64,000 nucleotides of DNA, taken from an uncultured Phycisphaeraceae bacterium. Lineage in GTDB: Bacteria; Planctomycetota; B15-G4; JADJEK01. This document shows, one piece after another, positions 8,507-18,894 of this stretch (positions are counted from its first letter, which is position 1; each line of letters opens with the position of its first letter). The position numbers and the translations under genes are program-made. Below the pieces are notes generated by a model. That model ran no database searches. It was not told the origin of the DNA and saw only the letters and a list, made by a program, of their open reading frames with translations. The stretch is taken from NCBI GenBank assembly GCA_964649825.1, contig CAZYQW010000029.1, positions 69,735-133,734 of the forward strand, read 5' to 3'.

Positions 8507-11500
8507 TCAGCAATCGAGGATGTCGAGCCGGAGCGCCTGCGTCGTGCGCCAGCACGCCCCACCGTTCTCGCGCACCACCCCCTGGACGTAGTAGGTCTGG
8601 CCGACCATGACGACCGATGACGGGAGCGGGACCGGGAAACGCATCGTCCCTTCCGCGTCGGAAGTGGCGTACAGCGTCAGCAGGATCGGCTCCACGAAGA
8701 TCGGACAACCCTGCAGAGACAGGCTCGCCGACGCGGCGGGCACCACGGTGGCGCCGATGTAGAGCAGACCCGGCTTCGATGGTGCAGCCCCCTCGACCCG
8801 GATCTCGAAGAGGAGGTTGTCGATGCACGGGGCCGACCCGGCGACCAACGTGGGCGCGACGCCTCCGGCGCAGCCGGATCCCACGCACGCGAACCCCACG
8901 TCCGACACTTCGTCGCTCGACGTCGCGGGGATGACCTCGCTCACGTCGTTCAACGTCGTCAGGTTCCCGCCGGACGGGACGACTCGAAGCTCGATCGGCT
9001 GTTCCACGTCGACGCCGGCCGTATCGACGTGGACCTGCCGGAAGAACGGGAGGAGCGCGGCCGGGGCCGGAACGGACGGAACCGACGTCGACCCGAGCAG
9101 CGTGCCGCCCTGCGAGACCTCGATCGAGGCCACGCTCGAGTCCTGCCGCCCGACGTTGTGCACCTCGACGAAGACGCCGTCGCCCTCGCCGTCCCAGATC
9201 GCGCTCATCTTACCTACGGCCGGATCGGCGACGTCGAGCGACGGAGTCGTCTCCGACCCCGGCTCGAGCGTGAGCACGATCGACGTGGTCTGTCCGGACG
9301 GGAGGCCCGGGATCGTGAAGCGTCGGCCCGGCTTGAGGAATCCCAGGCCCGACGTCGCGACGACCGGAGACCCCGGCTGGTCGTCCGGCCCCGCCGGTCC
9401 CCACGACAGCGCGTACGTCCCGAACTTCATCCGATGCCACACGCGAAACGAGACGTCGGCCGCGGACGCCCCGAAGTTGTGGACGAGAAGGTTGAGCTGC
9501 GTCCCGTCGTGGTCCGGCTTCACGTTGACGAGCGGGGCGACGTCGAGGTCGCCGGAGCCTTCCGGTCGCTCCCACGTCACGATCGGCCGCTGCTCGCTCG
9601 ACCATTGTCCGCCCGATACCACGGCGTAGAGGAGTTTGTGGCTCCCCTTGATGTGGAAGTACGCCCGGTCGTTGTAGGAGACCGCGGTGGTCGCGAGCGG
9701 GAAGAACGACCGCAGCCACGTCGCCGCTTCCGACATCGCCGCCTCGATCTCGCCCTTGTCCTCGTTCAGGACGAACTTCATGTAGGGATCGCCGGTGTTC
9801 GCGAGCCACTGATCGAACTGACCCTGGTCCGGCTCGGTCGTGGAGGAGACGGGGACGACCGGGTTCGGCCCTTCATAGAGGAAGTGGCGCGCCCGGAAGA
9901 AACTCGACCTGACGTCGTTGCGATACTCGTTCGACGCCCAAGCCGGGCTTCCCGGCGCCGCAAACGGGTTCGGCGGCGTCGTCGCGACGAACACCGTCGC
10001 CGGGACGATCGGCTCGAGGTACGACGGGTCGCCGGTGTGACGGTACGCCATCAGCAGCAACGCGTAGACCTGCTCGAGGTACTCGGATTCCGCCGTGTAG
10101 TCGTTCCTCCACCATTCATTGCCCGCCATGCCCGGCAAGCCGAACTGCCCCGCGAACGCGTCGTCGGTCCGAATCGCGGCGGGGGGGATACCGATCGGCT
10201 TCGCCGCCCCCACCGGCTCGTTCGGATCGCTCGACATGCACGCGTCGCGCCACCCGTCGGCCAGCTTCAGAAGAACATCCAGGGCGACGGGATCGGCGCT
10301 GAAGTCGGCGACGAACAGGGCCGGCACGAGAGCGCGAAGATTGATCGGCGCGTCGATCGTGTGGATCATCAAGCTGTTGTTCTCGTCCACCGCCGTGGCG
10401 CCGAACGAGTAGCTTCGAATGTGCCACGGCTGCTCGACCGTGGCGAGCGGCTTCATCCATGGCGCGTCATCGGGCGGGTAGGGGAGGAGGTCGTGGAACA
10501 GGTTTCGCAGCGTGCGCATCGGGATCTCGAGGTACGTCGGATCCGCGTAGTAGCGAAGCAACGCCCCGAAAAGCGGATGCGTCGTGTACTCGCCCGCGTG
10601 CTCGGAGTCGCCGGCGCCGTCGAAGTAGCCCTGCGCCTGGTTCACGTTCGGACCGAACAGAACGGTGTCGCCGGCGCCGCGCAGCGCGCGCTGCAACGGC
10701 GACTCGTGCCAGAAGTCGCCGGTCGGCGAGAAGACCCGCGGCGTTCCCCAGAGGGCTCCCAACAACTCCACGTCGTCCCCGTCGCCGCCCCCGAACTCGC
10801 CCTCGATGAGCCGTCGCTCCGACCACCAGCGCCCGACCTCCTGATACGCCGAGAGGTAGTCGCGCGTCGCGGTCGCCCAGGCCGGTGCGGAGGACGTGGC
10901 GCCCGGCTCGGTGAACTCTGACCACCACGTCGTGGCCGGGTCGTACGTCGGGGGCGCGTCGCCGTCCCAATCCGGAATGATCGTGCCCTCCGGCGCGATG
11001 CCCGAGTAGTTCTGCGAGATCCAGAGGAACATCTTCACCGCGGCCGCGTCTCGGAACAGTCCGTTCGAGCCGAGCTCGGTCGCCATCGACGCCACGATGT
11101 CGTGCCAGTAGTTCGTCGCGTTCTTCGGCTGTCCGGGGGGCGCCGCGGGGGCCTGCGTCGAGCGCCCGTAGTACTGGACCGCGCGGCGATACTCGGCCCG
11201 CGGCAGCAGCGGGCACGTCTCGATGAACGGATTGTCCGACGCGAAGAGATCGCCCTGGATCTGACGGAAGAGGAGCTCGGCCGCGCCGAGGTTGCGCATG
11301 ATCCCGCTCAAGAGCCCTTGGGTGGCGAACCCGCCGGAAACCGCGTTGGACGTGTAGCCGCGGACTTGCGCGAAGAAGAGCGCGTCGCGGAAATCGAGCG
11401 CGCTCTCGAGCAGCTCCGATTCCGCGACGTTCGGGGTCGCGATGGCGGAGAGCAACGCGATCGCCTCGTCGAGCTCGGCGTCGCGCGGGTCGCCCGGCCA

Positions 11501-12406
11501 GACCGAACCTCCGGCCTCGCCCAGCCAGCCGGCCTCCTCCGAGCCATCGAGCCAGCCGACGAGCCACAGCAACGCGCTGGCGCGAAGGAGCGGATCGGAG
11601 GTCGAGATGCCCACGGCGGCGGCACGTGCCGCGACCAAGTCGGACTCGTTCAGCGCGTCGACGAGGTCGAGGACCGCGGAAGCGGTCGAGTCCGTCACGA
11701 TCCCTCCCGACGCGTGCGAGTAGCGGATCGGGAGCGGAACGTCGTCGTAGATCTCGACCCCTTGGATCGAGTTGTAGCTCTCGTCGTCGCCCTCCGCGCG
11801 AAAGTGGAAGCCGATCGAAGAATCGCCCGGCGGGACCTCGACGGTGACGCGCAGCTTCAGGTAGCCGCCGACCGACGTGGTGATGCATGCCGACAGCGTG
11901 GTCGCCTCGAACTCGTCGCTGGCGCCCTTGCTGAGGATCGTCCGCGCGAAGAGACCCGTCGCCGCCGCGGCCGGTGCATCGGCGGGATCGGTCTCGATCC
12001 AGACCTCCAGGTTTCGCAAGGGCGTCGTGTTGGGACTGCCGCACATCGTTCCCGACCGGCCTACGTTGCCGAGGTACAGCACGCAGCGATAGACACCGGG
12101 ATCGATGTCGACGCGGAAGACGCACTCGGTCGAACCCGAGTCCGGGGCGGTGACCACGGAGTCACGGAGCACGTCGAACTGGCCATGGTAGACGGTGTTC
12201 GGATCGATGGTCGCCCAGGAGACGACGCCCTGCGGCGCGACGGCCGGCTCCCACCCGTATCCCGACCCAGGATAGAGGGTGACGTTCGTGACTCCGGTCC
12301 AGCCGGCCTGCAGGCTGCTCGCGGGGCCCATGTCGAAGCGAAACGGCTGCGCGTGCGTGACCGTGCTGCAAACAAGCGTGACGATGACGGGGATCGATGC
12401 TCTCAC
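8507..12406 (-). CDS. Large secreted multi-domain protein of 1,299 aa. The fold is probably carbohydrate-active (CBM-like N-domain, alpha/alpha-rich core, C-terminal beta-sandwich and Cys-rich domains).
   Basis: The true start is GTG at 12404-12406, preceded by AAGGGAGG plus a 4-nt spacer. The signal peptide reads MRASIPVIVTLVCSTVTHAQ. The rest of the 2,830-aa track ORF upstream is antisense to other genes. The central region is rich in W/Y/D/E, as in (alpha/alpha)-barrel hydrolases or lyases. The C-terminus has 6 Cys (GFACVGSGCAGG...GCPIF...GGACW...DC). Confidence 0.75.
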   Translation of the reverse strand: MRASIPVIVTLVCSTVTHAQPFRFDMGPASSLQAGWTGVTNVTLYPGSGYGWEPAVAPQGVVSWATIDPNTVYHGQFDVLRDSVVTAPDSGSTECVFRVDIDPGVYRCVLYLGNVGRSGTMCGSPNTTPLRNLEVWIETDPADAPAAAATGLFARTILSKGASDEFEATTLSACITTSVGGYLKLRVTVEVPPGDSSIGFHFRAEGDDESYNSIQGVEIYDDVPLPIRYSHASGGIVTDSTASAVLDLVDALNESDLVAARAAAVGISTSDPLLRASALLWLVGWLDGSEEAGWLGEAGGSVWPGDPRDAELDEAIALLSAIATPNVAESELLESALDFRDALFFAQVRGYTSNAVSGGFATQGLLSGIMRNLGAAELLFRQIQGDLFASDNPFIETCPLLPRAEYRRAVQYYGRSTQAPAAPPGQPKNATNYWHDIVASMATELGSNGLFRDAAAVKMFLWISQNYSGIAPEGTIIPDWDGDAPPTYDPATTWWSEFTEPGATSSAPAWATATRDYLSAYQEVGRWWSERRLIEGEFGGGDGDDVELLGALWGTPRVFSPTGDFWHESPLQRALRGAGDTVLFGPNVNQAQGYFDGAGDSEHAGEYTTHPLFGALLRYYADPTYLEIPMRTLRNLFHDLLPYPPDDAPWMKPLATVEQPWHIRSYSFGATAVDENNSLMIHTIDAPINLRALVPALFVADFSADPVALDVLLKLADGWRDACMSSDPNEPVGAAKPIGIPPAAIRTDDAFAGQFGLPGMAGNEWWRNDYTAESEYLEQVYALLLMAYRHTGDPSYLEPIVPATVFVATTPPNPFAAPGSPAWASNEYRNDVRSSFFRARHFLYEGPNPVVPVSSTTEPDQGQFDQWLANTGDPYMKFVLNEDKGEIEAAMSEAATWLRSFFPLATTAVSYNDRAYFHIKGSHKLLYAVVSGGQWSSEQRPIVTWERPEGSGDLDVAPLVNVKPDHDGTQLNLLVHNFGASAADVSFRVWHRMKFGTYALSWGPAGPDDQPGSPVVATSGLGFLKPGRRFTIPGLPSGQTTSIVLTLEPGSETTPSLDVADPAVGKMSAIWDGEGDGVFVEVHNVGRQDSSVASIEVSQGGTLLGSTSVPSVPAPAALLPFFRQVHVDTAGVDVEQPIELRVVPSGGNLTTLNDVSEVIPATSSDEVSDVGFACVGSGCAGGVAPTLVAGSAPCIDNLLFEIRVEGAAPSKPGLLYIGATVVPAASASLSLQGCPIFVEPILLTLYATSDAEGTMRFPVPLPSSVVMVGQTYYVQGVVRENGGACWRTTQALRLDILDC

Positions 12407-12556
12407 GGAACCTCCCTTTCCAAGACTCGACACATCGGCCGAAACGTTCATTCTTCGCCGCGGGATTCTACGCTCCGCCCGGCCGCCGTTGGTCTCTGGA
12501 CCTTCGGTCCGCATGTTCGTAGCCTCGAGTCTCGGTCCTCCCTCCGGCTCTTCGTC

Positions 12557-12967
12557 ATGATCGAGCTGCGTACGCTTCACCTCATCGTTGGAACGGTCGG
12601 CCTGATCGCCTTCCTGCTGACCGGACAGCACATGCACTGGGTCCATCATCATCTGCAGGGGATGCACGATGGGCCGCGCCTGTTCTTTCGCTCGGCTCAC
12701 ATCTACCTCCTCTGGTCGTCGCTGCTGAACGTGCTGGTCGGCTGCTATCTTGCGCGACTCACGTCGAGGCTCGCTCGGCACGTGCAGCTCCTGGCCTCGC
12801 TGGCGATCCTGGCCGGGCCGCTCCTTCTCTGTGTGTCGTTCTTCCATGAACCGTACAACGCGGGTCTCTTGCGCCCCGTCGGGCGGGCGGCCGTCGTGCT
12901 GGCCACGGCCGGCGTCTTGGCTCATGCCGGCGCGGCGATCACGGGGCAGGGCGCAACCAGCCGATAG
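12557..12967 (+). CDS. Small integral membrane protein (hypothetical).
   Basis: MIELRTLHLIVGTVGLIAFLLTGQHMHWVHHH...LWSSLLNVLVGCYLA...LLASLAILAGPLLLCVSFF gives 3-4 predicted TM helices. It is divergent from the large secreted protein gene. Confidence 0.45.
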   Translation: MIELRTLHLIVGTVGLIAFLLTGQHMHWVHHHLQGMHDGPRLFFRSAHIYLLWSSLLNVLVGCYLARLTSRLARHVQLLASLAILAGPLLLCVSFFHEPYNAGLLRPVGRAAVVLATAGVLAHAGAAITGQGATSR

Positions 12968-12981
12968 AGATCGCGAGGTCG

Positions 12982-14640
12982 TCAGTCCTCGATGTACCCG
13001 AGCTCTTTCAATCGTCGGATCACGTCGGGGTCGAGTGCCGGCGGGCCCTCGCCTTCCGGACGTCGCGTGGCGAACTCGATCAACCGATCGAGGAGGGCGC
13101 GGGCTCCCGGGTCCGGCGCCTGCGCCACGCCGCGAAGCTCGCCCGGGTCGGCGACGACGTCGAAGAAGCGCGTCTGCTTCTGCGTCATGTCCCGCACGAT
13201 GAGCCGCTCGCGCGTCCGCGCCGCCTTCAACGTCTCCCAGCCGTAGCACTCCATGAAGACCTCGCCGCGCGGGCCGCCTCGACCGTCCTCGAGCTGTCGC
13301 AGGTCGACGCCGTCGAACGTCGGCGGCGGCGCGATGCCGAGGACGCCGAGAATCGTCGGTGCGACGTCGATCAAGCTGACGAGATGGTCGCGGGTCGTGC
13401 CGGCGCCGGCGCCACCCACACCATCGGGATAGCGGATGAACAAAGGGACGCGCGTCACCGCGGTGTAGAGGAACGGGTCGTGCGTGAACGATCGTTTCTC
13501 GTGGTCGAGGAGGCTCTCGCCGTGATCCGCGGTGATGACGACGAGCGTGTCGGCCCGTCGCTCCCGCGTCGACAGCTCCGCGAGGAGCGGCTCGAGCTCG
13601 GCGTCGACGTAGCGGATCCCCGCGTCGTAGCGGTCGATGATGTAGTGCAGGTCGTCCTCGCCGAGCCCGCGCTCCTCGGCCGCCCCGGGCGTCAGGTTGT
13701 AGTGCTGCTCCACGTCGCCCACGCCCGGCCGCGCCGCCGCCGCGAACGTCGACGTGAAGCTGCCGGTTCGTCCGTAGGGGCGATGCACGTCGTACAGGTG
13801 CAGCCAGACGAAGAACGGTTGGTCGCGTCCGGCGCGGATGAACTCCAGCGCTTCGCTCACGATCGCGCGCGCGTCGCGAGCGCCCTCGCGGCGCCACCCG
13901 AAGCCCTGGCCGAGATTCTGGTCGGAGAGGAGCGCCAGGTTCACGCTCGCACCGGTTCGATAGTCGTGCACCGCGAGCACTTCGGCGAGCGTCACTTGCC
14001 GCGGGTCGAGGCGGTTCCACGTGTACAGGCCGTGGTCGCTGACGTAGCGCGACGTGAGGAGGGAGGCGTGTGACGGAGGAGTGAAGCTGCTCGTGCTGAA
14101 CGCGTGCTCGAAGCGGACGCACTGCTTCGCGAACCGGTCGAGGTTCGGGCTCGTCGGTCGCGCGTATCCGTAGCAGCCGAGGCGATCCGCGCGGAGCGAG
14201 TCGATCGTTACCACGAGGACGTTGCTCGGGTTCGGCGCCCGCCGCGCCGGAAGCGCGTAGAGATCGAACGTGAGCGGCGCCGCGCCGGCGGAGGGACCGT
14301 CGTCGATCCGTACGCGGACGACTCGCTCGTCGGAGAGCGGCTGTTCGATCACGTCCACGCGCGGCCGTCCGACGCGGTTTCGCACCACGACGCGAAACTC
14401 GCCGGCCGGCGGCAACGGAGCGACGACCTCGGTTCGGAGCCCTTCGATCGGCCGCCACTGGCGGTGCTCGATCGCGACCACGCCGTCCTTCAGGATCAGC
14501 ACGTCGACGCCGTCGACCGCGTCGGCCGCGAACGAGAGGAGGTGGATCTCCTCCTTCCCCTCGCCGTCGGCCCGCGCCCGATCGCCCGCTCCGGCCATGC
14601 CGAGCGACACGAAGACGACGAAGCTCCGGGCGAGGTCCAT
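12982..14640 (-). CDS. Sulfatase-family (alkaline-phosphatase superfamily) hydrolase, secreted.
   Basis: The signal peptide is MDLARSFVVFVSLGMAGAG. The sequence VLVVTIDSLRADRLGCYGYARPTSPNLDRF...FSTSSFTPPSHASLLTSRY matches the sulfatase N-terminal metal-binding and active-site region. The protein is 552 aa. Confidence 0.85.
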   Translation of the reverse strand: MDLARSFVVFVSLGMAGAGDRARADGEGKEEIHLLSFAADAVDGVDVLILKDGVVAIEHRQWRPIEGLRTEVVAPLPPAGEFRVVVRNRVGRPRVDVIEQPLSDERVVRVRIDDGPSAGAAPLTFDLYALPARRAPNPSNVLVVTIDSLRADRLGCYGYARPTSPNLDRFAKQCVRFEHAFSTSSFTPPSHASLLTSRYVSDHGLYTWNRLDPRQVTLAEVLAVHDYRTGASVNLALLSDQNLGQGFGWRREGARDARAIVSEALEFIRAGRDQPFFVWLHLYDVHRPYGRTGSFTSTFAAAARPGVGDVEQHYNLTPGAAEERGLGEDDLHYIIDRYDAGIRYVDAELEPLLAELSTRERRADTLVVITADHGESLLDHEKRSFTHDPFLYTAVTRVPLFIRYPDGVGGAGAGTTRDHLVSLIDVAPTILGVLGIAPPPTFDGVDLRQLEDGRGGPRGEVFMECYGWETLKAARTRERLIVRDMTQKQTRFFDVVADPGELRGVAQAPDPGARALLDRLIEFATRRPEGEGPPALDPDVIRRLKELGYIED

Positions 14641-14706
14641 GGCGCTTCCTCCGTTGGATGGACGTTCCGGACGATATCACGGTTCCCGTCGCGCCGGACG
14701 ATCGAG

Positions 14707-17325
14707 TCATCGCGAACGCCACCCGTCCAACCCGCGCTCGATCTCGTCCAGATCCGCTCTGCTCGGGGTGACGTCGACGATCGTCTCTCCCGCGTCCTCG
14801 ACGACGATCGTGCGCGCGTCGTCGAGCTGCCGGGAGAACCCGGGGAACGTCGTCGTCCGCGGCACGTAGACGTTCCAGCGGAGCCGGTACTCGCCGGGAA
14901 CGGCGACGGTGAGCCGGGCCTCCCGGTTCTCGAGCGGGCCGTACGCGTCGCCGAACAGGTGCCCGTACGGCGCGAGCGCGCCCTCCACCGGCGACGTTCG
15001 CTCGAGCTGGACGTTCACCGAGAACGCCGCCTCGCCGGGGATCTCGCGCTCGAGATGGAGCCGGACCCGGACCGGCAGCCCGTCGCGGAGGGAGACGCGC
15101 GTCACGCCGCGCGCGCCATCGACGAGCCGCGGGCGAAAGCCCGGCGCGGCGAGCACCAGATCGAGACCTTGCGGCCGCGCGGTCACCAAGTGCGCGCGCC
15201 CGTACGGCCCGAGGTGCTCGGCGCCCCGGCCGCGCGACGGCACGGCGAGCCGCACGCCCGGCACGGGGGTTCCGCGGGCGTCGACGCACTCGAGCCGCAC
15301 CAGGGAGAAGCGCCCGCGGAGGTCGAGGGGGTTCAGACGCGGATCCCGGCTCGTCTCGTTCGGCGCCACGTCGATCCCGTCGACGATCGCCACCGGCGTC
15401 TCCGCTTCCTCCGGCGCGCTGACGCGCACGCGCCAGGTTCCCGCCGCCACGAATTCCGATCGGTACGTGCCGTCGGGCCCCGGCCAGACTCGCACGCGGC
15501 GACCTCCCTCGTCCTCGAGGTGGACCTCGACGTCGTTTCGCGGCACGCCGTCGTCCAGCTCGATCCGCGCCTCGATCGAGCCGACCAGCGGCAGCGACAG
15601 GGCGACGTCGCGCGCGCCGCGCGTGAACGGAACGGGGCTCGACGCATGCCCGTCCTTGCTGGCCGAGACCGTCCCGGCCTCGTCGACCGATTCGAGATGA
15701 AACGCGAACCGTCCGTCCGACCCGCTCGAGGACGTGAACGTATGGACCCGACCCGCGTTCACCGGCGCGTTCGAGAGCTTGGCCAGGGGGTTCTCCTCGT
15801 TCATGCGCCGCACGGCAACACGGATCGCGGCGCCCTCGACGGGACTCCCGTCCGCGCGCGCGACCGTTCCGCCGACGAGGAACGGCACCGCGGTCAACCG
15901 CACGTCGCCCACGTCGTGAACCCCCGGCGAGAGCGGATCGGGACGCCGCGTCATCCCGGCCCGCGACGTGTCGATGCGATCGTCGGACGACACCGGATGC
16001 ACGAGGAAGTCCGGGCCGAGCCGCCGGCCGCGCGGCGCGCGGTAGACCGCGTCGAACCGACCGGCACGGTCGGTCCTGATCCGCGGCACTTCGCTCGTGG
16101 AATCGAAGGGCGCGCCGCGCGCGAACGGTGCATCGATCGCGATCGTCGCGTGCGCGAACGGAGCGCCGTCCGGATCGAGCAGGCGCCCCACGAGGACGGT
16201 GTTCGTCTCGCGCGGATCCGTCCGCCGCGCGACGACCACGATCTCGGCGCCCTCGACGCGCGGTCCCTCGTGGACGACGGTGATGGGATCCAACGGTTGC
16301 GCATCGAGGGCGACGCGAAACGTCGCCCGTCCCGGCACCACCGCGTGAGGAAAGACCACGTCGCCCTCCTTCGCGATCCGCGTCTCGTAGAGCCCGCTGT
16401 GCGAACCGCCCCACCCGACCGAGACGCGCGTGCCTCCGCGATGGATGCTCCCGTCGCGTTCCTCGACCCGGACTCGGATGCGGCCGGTGGGCGGCGCCAC
16501 CACCCGGATGGACTCGGACGGCAGGGCCTCGGGATCGATCCCGGCCGATTCGCGACCGGTCCCGTCGTCGAGGGTCACGTAGGGCCGGACGCGGTACGCG
16601 ACGTCCGATGGCCGGCGGCGGCCCGCCCGCGTCAGCCAGCGCGCGTGAGGGATCCGCACGAACGTGTCTCCAGGTCGCGCCGCTCCGATGAACCGTGGCA
16701 GATAGATCGGGTAGCCCATGTCCATGCGCTCGACGAGGACCACGGGCACGTCGGGTCGAGGTCCGCCCGCCGCGTCGACGACCTCGACGATGATCGTCTC
16801 GTCGCGCTCGAGCTCGATGACCACCTCGGTCGTCTTCGAGGCGTCGAACGGCTCGCATGCAAACTCGTCCCCGCGACGCGCGGCCACGAACGTCCACCCT
16901 CGCGTGGGCGGCAGCCGGACCCGCCCGTCGTCGTCGGCCGCCAGCTTCCTCCCCGCCGCGGCGAGCACCTCCTCGGCGTCGCGCCAGACGAAGAACCACT
17001 CCCCGTGCACGCGCGCCTCGATCTCGGTCTCGTCGGCGAACCAGACCTCGGCGCCGGCCGCTGGCTCGTTCGAATCGGTTCGTACCAGGACGCGAGCCCC
17101 CGGATCCCCCTTCCGGGCGGCAGCCGGCTCCTCCTCGACCACGATCACGTTCCGCGACGGCTCGGAGGCGGCGACCGGGAGGACCGGCTCGACGGAGGTT
17201 CCCCCGACCGACTCCACTCCCTCCGCCACCCCGTCCGGCCGGCGCGAGAATCGATCCCCGAGCATCGACCAGGCCGCGAATCCAGCCAGCGCGAGCGCCA
17301 CGATCAGGGAGAGGTTCCGTTTCAT
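14707..17325 (-). CDS. Secreted or membrane-anchored protein built from repeated beta-sandwich (carboxypeptidase-regulatory-like) domains.
   Basis: MKRNLSLIVALALAGFAAWSM is a signal anchor. Motifs such as DGSPVEGAAIRV and DARGTPVPGVRLAV recur about every 90-100 aa. The protein is 872 aa. Confidence 0.7.
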   Translation of the reverse strand: MKRNLSLIVALALAGFAAWSMLGDRFSRRPDGVAEGVESVGGTSVEPVLPVAASEPSRNVIVVEEEPAAARKGDPGARVLVRTDSNEPAAGAEVWFADETEIEARVHGEWFFVWRDAEEVLAAAGRKLAADDDGRVRLPPTRGWTFVAARRGDEFACEPFDASKTTEVVIELERDETIIVEVVDAAGGPRPDVPVVLVERMDMGYPIYLPRFIGAARPGDTFVRIPHARWLTRAGRRRPSDVAYRVRPYVTLDDGTGRESAGIDPEALPSESIRVVAPPTGRIRVRVEERDGSIHRGGTRVSVGWGGSHSGLYETRIAKEGDVVFPHAVVPGRATFRVALDAQPLDPITVVHEGPRVEGAEIVVVARRTDPRETNTVLVGRLLDPDGAPFAHATIAIDAPFARGAPFDSTSEVPRIRTDRAGRFDAVYRAPRGRRLGPDFLVHPVSSDDRIDTSRAGMTRRPDPLSPGVHDVGDVRLTAVPFLVGGTVARADGSPVEGAAIRVAVRRMNEENPLAKLSNAPVNAGRVHTFTSSSGSDGRFAFHLESVDEAGTVSASKDGHASSPVPFTRGARDVALSLPLVGSIEARIELDDGVPRNDVEVHLEDEGGRRVRVWPGPDGTYRSEFVAAGTWRVRVSAPEEAETPVAIVDGIDVAPNETSRDPRLNPLDLRGRFSLVRLECVDARGTPVPGVRLAVPSRGRGAEHLGPYGRAHLVTARPQGLDLVLAAPGFRPRLVDGARGVTRVSLRDGLPVRVRLHLEREIPGEAAFSVNVQLERTSPVEGALAPYGHLFGDAYGPLENREARLTVAVPGEYRLRWNVYVPRTTTFPGFSRQLDDARTIVVEDAGETIVDVTPSRADLDEIERGLDGWRSR

Positions 17326-17504
17326 GTTTCCGCGCAGGAGGATACGACGTCCCGGCCGCGTCGCGTGCGTTTTCTCGATCTTGAAACCTCCGGCGCCGCT
17401 CCGGCCCCCGATCCGTGTTCCACCCTCAGGTTGCCGCGGACGAACGCCGATTGGCTTCCCAGCGAAGGCCCATCCAACGGAACAGGTGGAACGAAGGCGA
17501 TGCG

Positions 17505-18503
17505 ATGAGTTCGAACCTGACCGAACAGGCGCGCCAGACGGCCGGTGCGCGATCCGGAGGTTCCGATCTCACGATCGACGCCGAGGCGTTCGAACGCTTC
17601 CCCAGCGCCTGCCCCGGACTCGGGAACTTCGACCTCCCGATCGATGACGGATTCGAGCTTCGTCCCGACGAGTTCGAGCTCCAGCGGCGGATCGTCGAGA
17701 TCGTGTCCGCCGACGAGTACGAGCTGCCCCACATCCCGTCGTCCCACCTCGCGATCCTCGACCTGGTGAGCAATCCCGAAGTCGACCTGAAGCGCGTCGA
17801 ACCGATCCTGTCGCGCGACCTCGTCCTGACCGCGGCCCTCCTCAAGGTCGCGAACTCGGTCGCCTTTGCCGGTTCGCGGCCGGTCGAGACCGTCCGCGGG
17901 GCCCTCTGCCGGGTCGGGCTGCATGGCGTCCGCTCGGTGCTGCTCTCGCTGTCGCTGAAGAGCGTGATCTTCAATCCGAAAGCGCTCGTCCCGATCGCGG
18001 AGGAGGTCTGGCGCCAAGCCGTGTCCGTCGCGTGCAACGCGCGGGCGCTCGCCGTTCCACTCTGTTTCGACCCCGAGCGGTACTACGCGCTTGGACTCCT
18101 CCACGACATCGGCAAGGTGCCGCTGCTCGGCCTCCTCCGCCGATACGCTCCACCCCGTTTCGACTTCCGCCGCTCCTTCGTCGGCGCGATCTTCGCCGCT
18201 CACCATGAGCGGATCGGGCGGGAGCTGACCACGAGCTGGAACCTCCCCGAGGAGATCGTCGCCGTCGCAGGTTGCCATCACGACTACGACCGGAACCTGG
18301 AGCACGTGACGAGCGCCGCGATCGTCCACCAGGCGCATCGACAGGACCTCTACCTCAGCTCCGGTCGCGCGGACGACTACCTTCGCCTCGAGGACGACCC
18401 GAGCATGGCCGTCATCGGCATCGCCCCCGAGTATCGACGGCCCCTACTCGACGCCGTACGACGCAGCTACCTGCTCCTGCAACGCACCGACGCGTTCGCT
18501 TGA
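17505..18503 (+). CDS. HDOD-domain signalling protein.
   Basis: ELPHIPSSHLAILDLVSNPEVDLKRVEPILSRDLVLTAALLKVANS...LGLLHDIGKVPL carries HD-related HDOD signatures. The ATG at 17505 is preceded by AGGTGGA/GAAGGCGA. An alternative GTG lies at 17415. Confidence 0.8.
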   Translation: MSSNLTEQARQTAGARSGGSDLTIDAEAFERFPSACPGLGNFDLPIDDGFELRPDEFELQRRIVEIVSADEYELPHIPSSHLAILDLVSNPEVDLKRVEPILSRDLVLTAALLKVANSVAFAGSRPVETVRGALCRVGLHGVRSVLLSLSLKSVIFNPKALVPIAEEVWRQAVSVACNARALAVPLCFDPERYYALGLLHDIGKVPLLGLLRRYAPPRFDFRRSFVGAIFAAHHERIGRELTTSWNLPEEIVAVAGCHHDYDRNLEHVTSAAIVHQAHRQDLYLSSGRADDYLRLEDDPSMAVIGIAPEYRRPLLDAVRRSYLLLQRTDAFA

Positions 18504-18894
18504 CTCTAGTGGTGTGATTCAGAGTTGTTGACGTTTCTCCGGGGCCCTCGTCGTCGCTGGCTGCGTAGTCGTCTCCAGGTTCGGCGCGAATCTGGAATGA
18601 CTGGCGAAAGCTCGCGCGGTCCGCCCCACGATTCATGAGAGCGCGCAGCGCCACCTTCTCTCTTCTCTCTCTTCTCGACCCCCGAGTCCGCGCACGCATC
18701 GTGGCCCCCAGGCGGGCGGAGCGGGTCGATCGGGCCGCGCCGAGCGAGTTCCGCAGCGAGCCGCCCACGCACCACCCCACCAAAACTCCCCACCGCAACC
18801 CCTTCGCCCAACCCCGAGCGAGGACTGTTCGAGCGACCGCGGCCCGATCGACCCGCTCCGCCCGCCCGACCCCGTCACCAATATTCTCCCCGGC

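Noticed and set aside
8507-16999. A single 2,830-aa ORF on the minus strand.
   Set aside because: Only the 3' 1,299 codons are genuine (SD and GTG at 12406, signal peptide). The upstream 1,500 codons are Arg/Gly/Pro junk running antisense to the sulfatase and beta-sandwich protein genes. This is a GC-driven open frame.
14104-17508. A 1,134-aa plus-strand ORF.
   Set aside because: It is antisense to the beta-sandwich protein gene and its composition is Arg/Asp/Pro repetitive.
18640-18680. A CT-rich simple repeat (CTTCTCTCTTCTCTCTCTTCTCG) in the HDOD/BamD convergent intergenic region.
   Set aside because: It is short and imperfect. It is probably low-complexity spacer and not a functional repeat array. 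No CRISPR-like spacing is present.
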